A DNA stretch of 54,045 bases from an uncultured Verrucomicrobiales bacterium (GTDB lineage Bacteria; Verrucomicrobiota; Verrucomicrobiia; Limisphaerales; UBA1100): positions 1 through 54,045 of the forward strand of contig CAJWMQ010000001.1 in assembly GCA_913042895.1 (NCBI GenBank), in the 5' to 3' direction. The notes under the pieces were generated by a model. The model made no database searches. It had not been told where the DNA came from and saw only the letters and a list, made by a program, of their open reading frames with translations. Every line of letters begins with the position of its first letter. Position 1 is the stretch's first letter. This document shows, in pieces, positions 18,522 through 28,500 of the stretch. Made by a program: the position numbers and the translations under genes.

Positions 18522-19319
18522 TTACGCTTCGCTGCGTCCCGGGCCTTCAGGCCTTGGACTGCGCGGGTTGGAAGGGCCACCCGGCCTACCCTGGCCTGGT
18601 CCTCCTGGGCGGCGGAAGTCATCGCGTCCCCCTTGGCCTGGTCCTCCAGGGCGGCGGAAGTCATCGCGACCCCCTTGGCCTGGTCTTCCAGGGCGGCGGA
18701 AGTCATCGCGACCCTCTTGGCCTGGTCCTCCCGGGCGGCGGAAGTCATCGCGACCCCCTTGGTTGCCGGACTGGCGTGGGTACATCTCATCGCGCGTAAT
18801 TTTCCCGTCCCGATTGCGATCCAGTTGAGAGAGGGCCTTGGAGGCATTTTTTAGTTCATCGGCTGAAATCACACCATCGCCGTCTGCATCGAGTACTGTT
18901 GCCAATGGGTTACGAGGAGGTTGCCCCCCAGGGCGTCCAGGGAATCCGCCTTGACCGGGGCCGCCAAATCCGGGGCGATCCCCTTGGCCCGGACCACCGG
19001 GACGAACGCCTCCGCCGCCCTGACCGGGACCACCGGGACGACCTTGGCCAGGACCGCCTGGGCGACTCTGGTTAGGGTCACCCGCACCGGGTCGGCCGGG
19101 TGCGGTTTGATTGCCTTGTTGTTTACGGAAAAACTCCTGCATCTGTTCGCGGCTGGGCCGTTCCTCGTCGTCAATTTTTCCGTCGCCGTTTTTATCGAAA
19201 TTTTTGAGGAATAATTCCCTGATACTGGATTGGCCGCCGGGGCGTCCCTGTGCGTGAGAATCCGTGGGTGTGAGTAACAGGCCTCCGAGAATGGCAGGCA
19301 AAAGGTAGTGAGCTTTCAT
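18522..19319 (-). CDS. Secreted EF-hand calcium-binding protein with G/P/R-rich tandem repeats
   Basis: Signal peptide. Three EF-hand loops (DKNGDGKIDDEE, DADGDGVISADE, DRNRDGKITRDE). Four copies of GGRDDFRRPGGPGQ plus many RPGGPGQG-type repeats. Confidence 0.85.
   Translation of the reverse strand: MKAHYLLPAILGGLLLTPTDSHAQGRPGGQSSIRELFLKNFDKNGDGKIDDEERPSREQMQEFFRKQQGNQTAPGRPGAGDPNQSRPGGPGQGRPGGPGQGGGGVRPGGPGQGDRPGFGGPGQGGFPGRPGGQPPRNPLATVLDADGDGVISADELKNASKALSQLDRNRDGKITRDEMYPRQSGNQGGRDDFRRPGGPGQEGRDDFRRPGRPGQGGRDDFRRPGGPGQGGRDDFRRPGGPGQGRPGGPSNPRSPRPEGPGRSEA
18593..18760. repeat. 4 x 42 bp near-identical tandem repeat inside the EF-hand gene
   Basis: Unit ggcctggtcctcctgggcggcggaagtcatcgcgtccccctt at 18593, 18635, 18677 and 18719, with 1-3 mismatches per copy. 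In frame (14 aa per unit). Confidence 0.9.
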
Positions 19320-19450
19320 TGTGTGGTAAGAGTGACGCCGCTTGGGCTTGGTGTCTATCGTTTTGACGGTTCATTTGGGGTTTGGTTACATTTTTTAAGG
19401 GTTCCTTTCGAGAAACTGTAACTTGGTAGAGCATAAGAACGTCAGTTGAA

Positions 19451-20464
19451 ATGGATTTTATGATGAACCGATTAGGAATTTTGCTAGGTTGCCTAACGGT
19501 CTTGTGCCAATGGAGCCCAGCGGCGGATCAAATTGCTTGGTTCGGCACTTGGAAAGGCGGCTTGGCCGAGGCAAAGCGCACAGGGAAGCCTATTCTGCTG
19601 ATCTCTGCTGCGCCACAGTGCCACAATGTGCCGGGTGTATGGTGACCAGGCAAGACGAGCATGGACAGGAGTTTCCTGGCCGATCAAGACGTTATCGCCG
19701 CTTCTCGGAAGTTCGTTTGCATTCGTTTGGCTACCTACGAGAACGCCGATGAAAACGAAGTGCTCAAGGGTGTGTTTGCCCCTGGAGGAGTTCTGCAAAA
19801 CACAGTATTTTCCCTAATGAGCCCGGATGGGCGCACATCATTGGTGCGAGCCGGTCGCAGTCCGGCATGGGCTTTTGGTGGGCAAGTGGGTCGCGGGATT
19901 CATCAACAGCCGGCTGAGGTAATCGGTAAAATGGCGCAAACTATGGAAGCCATTGCTTTGGCGTATCCGGGCAAAGATAAACCCGTTGGCCGGGTGCCAC
20001 TGCCGTACCTCGCGGACCTTAGACTGGCCCTGAATGTTGCGGCAGCTGACCGACTGCCCTTGGTGGCAATATTTGGCAACGCCGAGCAGCGCAAATTGAT
20101 GGAACAGCGACTGGAACCCTTAGCTTGGGCTGATGAATTTCTAGGACGCGCCCTGTATGTGCCGGTAACCCAACAGGACGAATTCAAGTCGATCACCGGG
20201 TTGAAAACTCAAGCCGGTTATGTAGTGATCCAGCCCGATATCTTTGGCCTAAAGGGTAAGGTGATTCAGGAAATTTCACTCCTGTCCACAGCCGCTCAGC
20301 TTAAGCAATCTCTGTCCACAGCCGTAGGACGGCATCAACCCAGCACCTTGACCTATGAACAACACCGGAGTCAGGGCGCAGCCGCGGGACAACGCTGGGA
20401 AAGCAAAACCCCCAATACCGACGGGATTGGCCGAAGCCGGTTCGGTCCGCGCCCGCGCCCTTAA
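19451..20464 (+). CDS. Secreted thioredoxin-fold protein interrupted by one in-frame TGA (19643-19645): candidate selenoprotein or pseudogene
   Basis: ORFs 19451-19645 and 19661-20464 share one frame (offset 210 nt). The joined reading is signal peptide, ...AEAKRTGKPILLISAAPQCHNVPGVW-[TGA]-PGKTSMDRSFLADQDVIAASRKFVCIRL.... This follows the Thioredoxin_7-like pattern (KP-hydrophobic strand, W-C-x-x-C, M-D-R-x-F), with the TGA at the first Cys position. Confidence 0.5.
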
Positions 20465-20467
20465 GGC

Positions 20468-21769
20468 ATGTGGCGCGCGATTGGAATTTTGGCATATGGG
20501 CTAGCGGGATCGTCAGGATTTCTAATTGCTGACACGGATCGGTCGTCCCGCCCGAACATCGTCCTGCTGGTTTCCGATGACATGGGTTGGAATGATGTGG
20601 GGTATCACCAGAGTCGGATTTCTACGCCGCATATCGATCAACTGGCACGGGACGGCATTCGCTTAAACCGATTCTATGTGCACCCTGTTTGTAGTCCCAC
20701 CCGAACGGCGTTGATGACCGGCCGGTTGCCGGCGCGCATGGGTATCACGGGCGTGATCGGGCGGGCGGGTAGCGTGCCCAAGGATGAAGACTTTTTGCCG
20801 GAATGGATGCATCAGGCGGGTTATCAGACTTTCATGGCCGGAAAATGGCACCTTGGCATGATCGATCGCGCTAGTCTTCCCAGTGCGCGCGGTTTTGATC
20901 AGTTTTTCGGTTTCTATGGTGGCGGCATTAACTACTACGCCACGGTTGGATCCCGCCACTCCGGTTGGTATCGTAACGGCCAGTCGGCAGCCGTAGAGGG
21001 GTACTCCACGGATCTGATTGCGTCCGAGGCGATTGAACGCCTGCAAAGGCGGGACAAGAACCGGCCGGTGTTTCTGTACGTCGCCTTCAATGCTCCTCAT
21101 CCGCCGGCCCAGGCACCGGAGAGGTTGATCCAGAAATATCAGCGGCTTGGCTTCACTGGCCGGCGCTTGAGTCATGCCGGTGCGATAGAGGCCATGGACG
21201 CCGCCATTGGCCGAATCCTGGCTACTCTGAAATCCGAAGGCATGGAGCGTGACACGCTTGTCATGTTTTTTTGCGATAACGGTTCCGGCTTAAGTCGTCG
21301 AATGCCACAGTTCGAGCCGGGTCAACTTAAATTGCGCGGCGGCAAAGGCACGTTGCAGGAGGGCGGGATCCGCGTGCCGGCTGTGATGCGTTGGCCAGCG
21401 ACCATCAGGTCTGGTGCCACGACAGATCAACTCATGGCCGTTCAGGACTTGTTACCCACATTGGCGGCCTTGGCGGCAGTTCCTCTGAAACCCGCCAAAC
21501 CGTTGGATGGCGTGAATTGTTGGCCGGCTATTCGGGATGGGAAATCCATCGAGCGATCACCCGTGATTGTGGGCGGAGAAGGTGCCGGTTTTGCCGTACT
21601 GGATGGAAAGTGGAAATTGATCTGGGACTCTGTAGGCTTGAACCTATTCGATATTGTACGAGACCCGATCGAGGCGCATGATCTGTCGGCTGAGCAACCG
21701 TTAAAAGCGGCGGAATTGGCCGATCGGTTAAGGCCGATTCATCAGGCAATGAAGGAACTAAATCCATGA
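20468..21769 (+). CDS. Sulfatase (arylsulfatase family, formylglycine-dependent)
   Basis: [17 protein letters not shown] and the C-x-P-x-R motif [13 protein letters not shown]-terminal signal peptide. Confidence 0.93.
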   Translation: MWRAIGILAYGLAGSSGFLIADTDRSSRPNIVLLVSDDMGWNDVGYHQSRISTPHIDQLARDGIRLNRFYVHPVCSPTRTALMTGRLPARMGITGVIGRAGSVPKDEDFLPEWMHQAGYQTFMAGKWHLGMIDRASLPSARGFDQFFGFYGGGINYYATVGSRHSGWYRNGQSAAVEGYSTDLIASEAIERLQRRDKNRPVFLYVAFNAPHPPAQAPERLIQKYQRLGFTGRRLSHAGAIEAMDAAIGRILATLKSEGMERDTLVMFFCDNGSGLSRRMPQFEPGQLKLRGGKGTLQEGGIRVPAVMRWPATIRSGATTDQLMAVQDLLPTLAALAAVPLKPAKPLDGVNCWPAIRDGKSIERSPVIVGGEGAGFAVLDGKWKLIWDSVGLNLFDIVRDPIEAHDLSAEQPLKAAELADRLRPIHQAMKELNP

Positions 21770-22926
21770 CCAAAAATACTGTAATCATAGGGGTCGCGAT
21801 TGTGGCGGGCATTATCTCCCCTGAAACCGAGGCTCAACCGAAGGGCCGTGGAGATGCTTCTCGCGAGGAGGCCCTCAAGGAGCCGTTTAAGGGTGTCTAT
21901 TATCTGGATGTGCCGCCGGCCAACTTGTTTCCAATCCGCAAAACCGGCGTCAGCACAGAATCAGTGCGGCAGGCGGCCAAGGCGTTTTTGGTAAGTCTGA
22001 CTCCGGCAGATCGAAAAAAAACCCTATTTGGCGTTGATGACTTGGAATGGCGTAAGTGGGACAACCGCCATCGTTACGTGCGGCAGGGCAAGGGGTTTAA
22101 TACGATGACCGAAGGACAACGCGAGTTGGCGTTTAACTTGTTGAAAGCCAGCCTCAGTGCCGACGGACTAAAGCAGACGCGCGACATCATGAAGCTCAAC
22201 GGCACACTGGCGGAGTTGACGCAGCGCTTTGAGGAGTATGGTCAATGGTTGTATTGGATCACGATCATGGGCGAACCCAGCGCCACCAAACCGTGGGGCT
22301 GGCAACTCGATGGACATCACGTGGTGATCAATTACTTTGTGCTCGGCGATCAGGTAGTCATGAGCCCGGTCTTCATGGGGTCTGAACCGGTGAAAGCCGA
22401 AGGCGGTCAATTCAAGGGGGCGGAGGTGTGTCAGGCTGAGCAGGACAAGGGGCTGAGGTTCCTCCAGATGCTCGATGCCGAACAGCGGGCAAAGGCAATC
22501 GTGGATGATGCCAAGGGCCCAACTAATAATATCGGCGAGGCGTTTCGCGACAATCAGGTGCTCGATTATATGGGTATTCGCGGCGATGCCTTAACGGCTC
22601 CGCAACAGGAGAATTTACTCGAATTGATCGGCGTGTATGTGGGGCACATGGCTGAAGGCCACGCCAAAGTCAAGCTGGCGGATGTGAAGAAACACATGGA
22701 CAGCACTTATTTCGGATGGCTGGGTGGGACGGGGAAGGAGAGCGTGTTTTACTATCGCATCCAGAGTCCCGTGATTCTGATTGAGTTTGATCACCAGCGC
22801 CCGATTGCCCTAGCTCGGTCACGTGTCCCCACGCGCCAGCACATCCACACTGTAATTCGAACACCAAACGGGAACGATTACGGCAAAGACCTACTCCGGC
22901 AGCATTACCGGCAGAATCACCGTTAA
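21766..22926 (+). CDS. DUF3500 domain protein
   Basis: Blocks [15 protein letters not shown] and [17 protein letters not shown] match my recollection of DUF3500. ATGA overlap with the sulfatase stop. Confidence 0.8.
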   Translation: MTKNTVIIGVAIVAGIISPETEAQPKGRGDASREEALKEPFKGVYYLDVPPANLFPIRKTGVSTESVRQAAKAFLVSLTPADRKKTLFGVDDLEWRKWDNRHRYVRQGKGFNTMTEGQRELAFNLLKASLSADGLKQTRDIMKLNGTLAELTQRFEEYGQWLYWITIMGEPSATKPWGWQLDGHHVVINYFVLGDQVVMSPVFMGSEPVKAEGGQFKGAEVCQAEQDKGLRFLQMLDAEQRAKAIVDDAKGPTNNIGEAFRDNQVLDYMGIRGDALTAPQQENLLELIGVYVGHMAEGHAKVKLADVKKHMDSTYFGWLGGTGKESVFYYRIQSPVILIEFDHQRPIALARSRVPTRQHIHTVIRTPNGNDYGKDLLRQHYRQNHR

Positions 22927-22939
22927 CGGCCGCGCTCGA

Positions 22940-25465
22940 TTAATTCCCCTTCGCCTTTAACAACGCACGAATCTTGGCGGGGTCCTGTCGGCCCAACGGC
23001 AGTGGCCAGTCGAGAGTGTCTTTGTTGGGCTGGAATCCGTTCCCGTCGGTGTCCACCCAAATGGGGTTGATGTAGGCGCAGGGTTTGAGACTGGCGTTGG
23101 TGCTGGTGCCGTAGCCGGTTTTGAGATCGGCGTTTTCGCCCATGGCCACGACGATGAGGTGGGTGTCTTCCTTGAGATCCAAGCTGAACGTGGTTTCAAA
23201 CACCGTGGGTGTCTTTTTGAACATTTTAGGGTTTTTCTCAGCGGTGATATTCAGGTTCGGATCCTGTCGGCCATTGACGAGGACCTGCACGCGGTTGATG
23301 TGCACCCAGTCGGTGCATTGGATTTTCACCTTTAGATTCACCTTGCCGTCCTTGGCGGTGATATCACTGCCGGGTAGGGCGCCGTTGGCTGTTACTTCCA
23401 GAAACGGACCGGTGGTGAGCATCAGCCGGCCGGCCTTGGCGTTGCGGATGATTTCGTCCGGATCAATCTCGGCCGGCGCATCGGTGCTGCTGGGGATGTA
23501 AGTGCGCCAGCCGCCTACGCCGTTGCCGTACACAGAATGGGCGTCGGCCACGGCAATGGCCCGCGTGCGGTAGCCTTGGTTGAGCATTTGCAGCCAGATA
23601 AACTCGCGCACTTCGCGCACGCTTTCTCGCGTGCCGCGCCGGTAAAGGGTCCACGGGGCGGTGGCTAGAATGTTGTTGCCCCGGAAGTTCTGAGACTCAA
23701 AGGCGTCGATGTATTGTTCGTAGCCGGCAAAACCGCCGTCGGCCTTGCCATCGAGATTGCGGTCCCAGAATTTCTCGGTGAGGTTGGGATGGTTGATGTG
23801 CACCCAGCGGTTGGGATTCCAGCCGCCGTGGTTTTGCAGGACGATGGCATTGAGCCGCGGGTCGTTCTGGAACACGGGCGCGCCGCCGTCCTGCGCATAA
23901 GGCTGGGGCGCGGGCAAGGGAAAGGCATTGTGATGCGATCCGGCACCACCACCGGTGAGCTCGAGCCCGACGATGGTGCGGAGATGCTCGGTGAGCCCGA
24001 GTTTTTTGATGTGGGGCGTCCAGTCGTAGAGGCGATTGTGCTCGGTGGTGGGTGCGAATTCGATGTGCTCGGCGGCGAGATTGATGATGCGATCGTCCGT
24101 GCCGCATTGGTTATCGCCGCTAGGCGTGGAGTGATTATGGAAATCCGTGCTCACCCAGCCGGTGGTGTTGACCAATCGCTTAAGGCTGCCAGTCACAGCC
24201 GCAAATTCACCGGCCTTGACGGTGACTTCGCGCACGAGATGATTGTGCTCAATGCCGCGGGTGATGACCAATCGATACGTGCCCGGATCCAGCGCCACGT
24301 TAAATTTGCCCGTCTCCGAGTGCCATTGATCCACGCAACCGTGTGCGCGATTTTGCGGGCCGAGATTGGGGGTTTCCGTGCCGTTGAGGCCGCTGAATTG
24401 TACCTTGCACGGGATGGAGTGGCCGCTGGCGTCGGTGATGTTCAAGGCGACACCCGAAAGGGCGGTGAGCGTTTCGGACAGCACTGTGGCCTGGTTGCCC
24501 TGTAGGGATACCTTGCGGTCGACAGTGGTGCGGCCGCGATCGGTGATGCGCACGCCATATTCTCCGCCCGGCAGGTGCACGGCAAATTTCCCCTGACCCA
24601 ACGGATACCCCGGCAGCGTTTCATTGCCGCTGCGAATTTCGAAGGTGGCATCATTCACCGGTTGCCCGGCGGGATCTTTCAGGTGACCGACCAGTAGTTT
24701 GTTGCTGGCCGAAGCGTACACCAAGGCTTCACTCACAGCGGCGGCGGGGGAGTTGGCTACGGTAAGCAAGCGTGTGTAGGTCGCCGTCTCGCCCGGCTTG
24801 AGGGAAAGCGAACCGGGATTGGGCGCGATGCCGCCGCGGCGTGGGCCCTTGACCCAGGCGGCGGCGTAGCTGCCGCGATTCGCCGGATCCACGGCGTCAA
24901 TCCAGCGCACGCTCTGGAACGTGCCGCGTTTGCCGGAAGGTTTCCAGTAATCATCCACGCTGCCGCGGCGGGTTTCCTTAGAATCATTGCGATAGGTAGT
25001 GGTGATCAACAGGCCGCGTGACATGGCGTCGAGCCGGTACACGTGTTTTTTGAAAAGGCCCTGGTTGCGTTCGGCGTCCACCACCACCTCAATCTCCGCC
25101 ACGGCATCGGCCCCGGAACCGCCGGCTTGGGCAATACGAATGTGCGAGATGTCGCCACGCTGACTGCCGGGGGCAAAGATGGTGAGCTGGTCGTTTTGGC
25201 GCTTGTTAAGAGTGAGGTCATAAAGACACCCGGGTGTGATGCCGCCGGTGCCGTAAAAAGTACTCATGTTGGCCCGGCGCAGGGGTTGATTGCCGGAAAT
25301 GACGGCGGTGACGTGGTCATTGCGCAATATGAAATCGCCAATGATGCCGTCGGCTTCCTTGCCTTTGGGCAATTGATCGGTATTGCCCGGGCCGACTTCG
25401 AAAGCTTTCACGGCGGCTTGGGTGGCAAAAGACATGGAAAACAGGAATAACAGCAGGGTTCTCAT
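22940..25465 (-). CDS. Secreted PHP-type (CehA/McbA-like) metallohydrolase with N-terminal beta-rich domains
   Basis: Signal peptide. STDFHNHSTPSGDNQCG...EHIEFAPTTEHN resembles the PHP/CehA-McbA metal-binding pattern. The family call is moderate. Confidence 0.55.
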   Translation of the reverse strand: MRTLLLFLFSMSFATQAAVKAFEVGPGNTDQLPKGKEADGIIGDFILRNDHVTAVISGNQPLRRANMSTFYGTGGITPGCLYDLTLNKRQNDQLTIFAPGSQRGDISHIRIAQAGGSGADAVAEIEVVVDAERNQGLFKKHVYRLDAMSRGLLITTTYRNDSKETRRGSVDDYWKPSGKRGTFQSVRWIDAVDPANRGSYAAAWVKGPRRGGIAPNPGSLSLKPGETATYTRLLTVANSPAAAVSEALVYASASNKLLVGHLKDPAGQPVNDATFEIRSGNETLPGYPLGQGKFAVHLPGGEYGVRITDRGRTTVDRKVSLQGNQATVLSETLTALSGVALNITDASGHSIPCKVQFSGLNGTETPNLGPQNRAHGCVDQWHSETGKFNVALDPGTYRLVITRGIEHNHLVREVTVKAGEFAAVTGSLKRLVNTTGWVSTDFHNHSTPSGDNQCGTDDRIINLAAEHIEFAPTTEHNRLYDWTPHIKKLGLTEHLRTIVGLELTGGGAGSHHNAFPLPAPQPYAQDGGAPVFQNDPRLNAIVLQNHGGWNPNRWVHINHPNLTEKFWDRNLDGKADGGFAGYEQYIDAFESQNFRGNNILATAPWTLYRRGTRESVREVREFIWLQMLNQGYRTRAIAVADAHSVYGNGVGGWRTYIPSSTDAPAEIDPDEIIRNAKAGRLMLTTGPFLEVTANGALPGSDITAKDGKVNLKVKIQCTDWVHINRVQVLVNGRQDPNLNITAEKNPKMFKKTPTVFETTFSLDLKEDTHLIVVAMGENADLKTGYGTSTNASLKPCAYINPIWVDTDGNGFQPNKDTLDWPLPLGRQDPAKIRALLKAKGN

Positions 25466-25576
25466 GAGGTGAAAAATAGTGGCATTTTGCAGGTATGAAG
25501 CAAGGCAGAATCATTACTTAATTCGGCCCTTTGCGGCTTTGCTTTTAGGGGCACTTTTGCTAAAAGGCCCGCCCCC

Positions 25577-28500
25577 ATGGCTAGGAAATCAAAGAAGACT
25601 GAACCATCGGCAGATGGGCCGATGAAATTGATGGCGGCCAACCGCAGCGAGATCGCCATCCGCATTTTCCGCGCCGCCACGGAGATGAACATGCGCACCG
25701 TGGCAATCTACGCGCAGGAGGATCGTCTGGCTGTGCACCGTTTTAAGGCGGATGAAGCCTATCTGGTGGGTGTGGGCAAGGGCCCGGTGGGCGCGTATCT
25801 GGATATTGAGGGCATCGTGGAGATGGCCAAGGAGCGCGGGGTGAATTACATCCATCCCGGCTACGGATTTCTGGCGGAGAACGCTGACTTTGCTGAGGCT
25901 TGCGCCAAGGCTGGGCTTACCTTTGTGGGGCCACGCCCGGAGTTGTTGCGCAAGATGGGTGACAAGACCGAGGCCCGCGCGTTAGCCAAGGCGGCTGGTG
26001 TGCCGATTTTGCCCGGCACCGATGACCCCATCACCACCCGCGCCAAGGCGGTTAAGGTGGCCAAAGACATTGGGTTCCCGCTGATCATCAAAGCGGCCTT
26101 TGGCGGCGGCGGACGCGGCATGCGTGTGGTGCACAAGGCCAAGGATCTGGAACGGTTGCTCGATGAAGCTCGCGGCGAGGCCGATCGGGCGTTTGGTAAT
26201 CCCGCAGTGTTCCTTGAGAAATACGTACCGCGTGCCAAGCACATTGAGGTCCAGATTCTGGGTGACCAACACGGCAACGTGTTGCACCTGTACGAGCGCG
26301 ATTGTTCCGTGCAGCGCCGGCACCAGAAGGTTGTGGAAATCGCCCCCAGCGTGGCGCTGGATGAAACGGTGCGCAGCGAGCTTTGCACAGCGGCCGTGGA
26401 ACTGGCTCAGCACATCAAGTACGACAACGCCGGCACCATGGAGTTCCTATACGACATGGATTCCAAAAAGTGGTACTTCATCGAGATGAACCCACGCATT
26501 CAGGTGGAGCACACGGTTACCGAAGTGGTGACCGGAATCGACTTGGTGCGGGCGCAGATCCAGGTTGCGCAGGGACAGAAACTGCACGGGGACGTAATGC
26601 AGTTGCCCAAGCAAAAGAACGTTCCGTGTGTCGGTCACGCTGTGCAGGCGCGGGTGACCACGGAGGATCCAGCCAATAATTTCACGCCCGATTATGGCCG
26701 CATCATTGCTTATCGTTCGGCGGCCGGGTTCGGGCTGCGACTGGACGGCGGTCAGGGCGATGCGGGCAGTGTAATCACGCCGTTTTATGATTCGCTGCTG
26801 GTCAAGATCACCGCCAGCGGCATGAGCTTCCCAATTGCGCTCGACCGCATGGACCGCGCGCTGAAGGAATTCCGGATTCGCGGCGTGCAGACGAACATTC
26901 CGTTCATCGAAAACGTAATCAAGAATGAGACCTTCCGCACGGGGCAGGCGAGTACGACGTTGATCGATACCACGCCGGAACTCTTCACCTTCCGTCCGCG
27001 CCGTGATCGCGCGAACCGGTTGCTCAAGTACATTGGCGACGTGGTGGTGAACGGCAATCCGCAGGCCAAGGGCTTCGAGGTGAAGGAGCCGTTTGCGCCG
27101 ATCGCGGAGCCGGACTATAACGGCGATCAGGATCCGCCCGCGGGCACACGCCAAATTTTGCTGGAGCAGGGTGCGGAGAAATTCGCCACCTGGGCTCGCA
27201 AGGAAAAGCGCCTGCTGATTACCGACACCACCCTGCGCGACGCGCATCAAAGCCTGTTTGCTACGCGCATGCGCACAGAGGATATGCTCAATGCTGCGGA
27301 CGCCATCGCGCGCCGCACGCCGGGCTTGTTCAGCCTCGAGATGTGGGGCGGAGCGACGTTTGACACGGCCATGCGTTTCCTGCGCGAGGATCCGTGGCAA
27401 CGCCTGCGTCAACTGCGCGAGGCCGTGCCGAATATCTGTTTCCAGATGCTCTTCCGCGGCTCCAACGCGGTGGGGTACTCCGATTATTCGGACAACGTCG
27501 TGAAGGCGTTCGTGAAACATTCGGCCGAGAACGGCATGGATATTTTCCGGATCTTTGATTCGCTCAATTACCTGCCTAACCTCAAGGCTGCGATGGAGGC
27601 CGTGCGCGAAACACACGCTGTCTGTGAAGGCACGATCTGTTACACGGGTAATATCCTTGACGATCAACGCGATAAATATCCGCTCGAGTACTACGTGAAG
27701 CTCGCGAAGGAACTCGAGAAGATGGGCGCCCATACCTTGTGCATCAAGGACATGGCCGGACTGTGCCGTCCGTACGCCGCACAGAAGCTGGTGAAAACCC
27801 TGCGGCAGGAGGTGGGTTTGCCGATTCATTTCCACACGCACGACACCAGCGGCGTGAATGCCGCTTCCGTGCTCAAGGCCACCGAGGCCGGCGTGGACAT
27901 TGCCGACTTGGCCATTGCGTCCCTATCCGGTTCCACCAGCCAGCCGAATCTCAACAGCGTGGTGGCCGCGCTGGATCATACGCCGCGCGAGACCGGTTTG
28001 GATCTCGGTACACTAAATGAATTTTCCGATTACTGGGAGGCCGTGCGCCGTGTCTACGCGCCGTTTGATACGGGCCCACGCAGTGGTATTGGAGATATTT
28101 ACGAGCACGAAATGCCCGGCGGCCAGTACACCAACCTGCGTGAGCAAGCCGAGAGCATGGGTCTTGGCGCGCGCTGGAAGGAAGTGGCCCGCACTTACGC
28201 CGAGGTCAACGATCTCTTTGGCGACATTGTGAAGGTAACCCCCTCTAGCAAGGTGGTGGGCGACATGACGATGTTCCTCGTCACTCGCGGCATTAAACCG
28301 GCGGATGTGGTGAACCTCGAGCCTGGCGCTACGCCGTTCCCGCAATCGGTTATCGACATGATGAAAGGTCGCCTAGGCAAGCCCGTGGGCGGCTGGCCGC
28401 GCAAGGTGCAGAAGGTGGTGCTCGGAAAACAGAAGCCGCTCAAGGGCCGACCCGGTGCCGATCTCAAGCCGCTAAACCTCGAGCGCACGCGCAAGAAGGT

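Noticed and set aside
18593-18760. A regular 42 bp repeat array, considered as a possible CRISPR or non-coding satellite.
   Set aside because: The units are contiguous with no spacers, in frame, and encode the GGRDDFRRPGGPGQ protein repeat of the EF-hand gene.
19643-19645. The possibility that TGA is a sense codon genome-wide (code 4 or code 25) rather than Sec or a stop.
   Set aside because: TGA terminates many well-supported genes here at family-typical lengths. These include the ATGA/TGATG junctions at 6309, 8075, 10517, 13272, 21767, 32729 and 33298.
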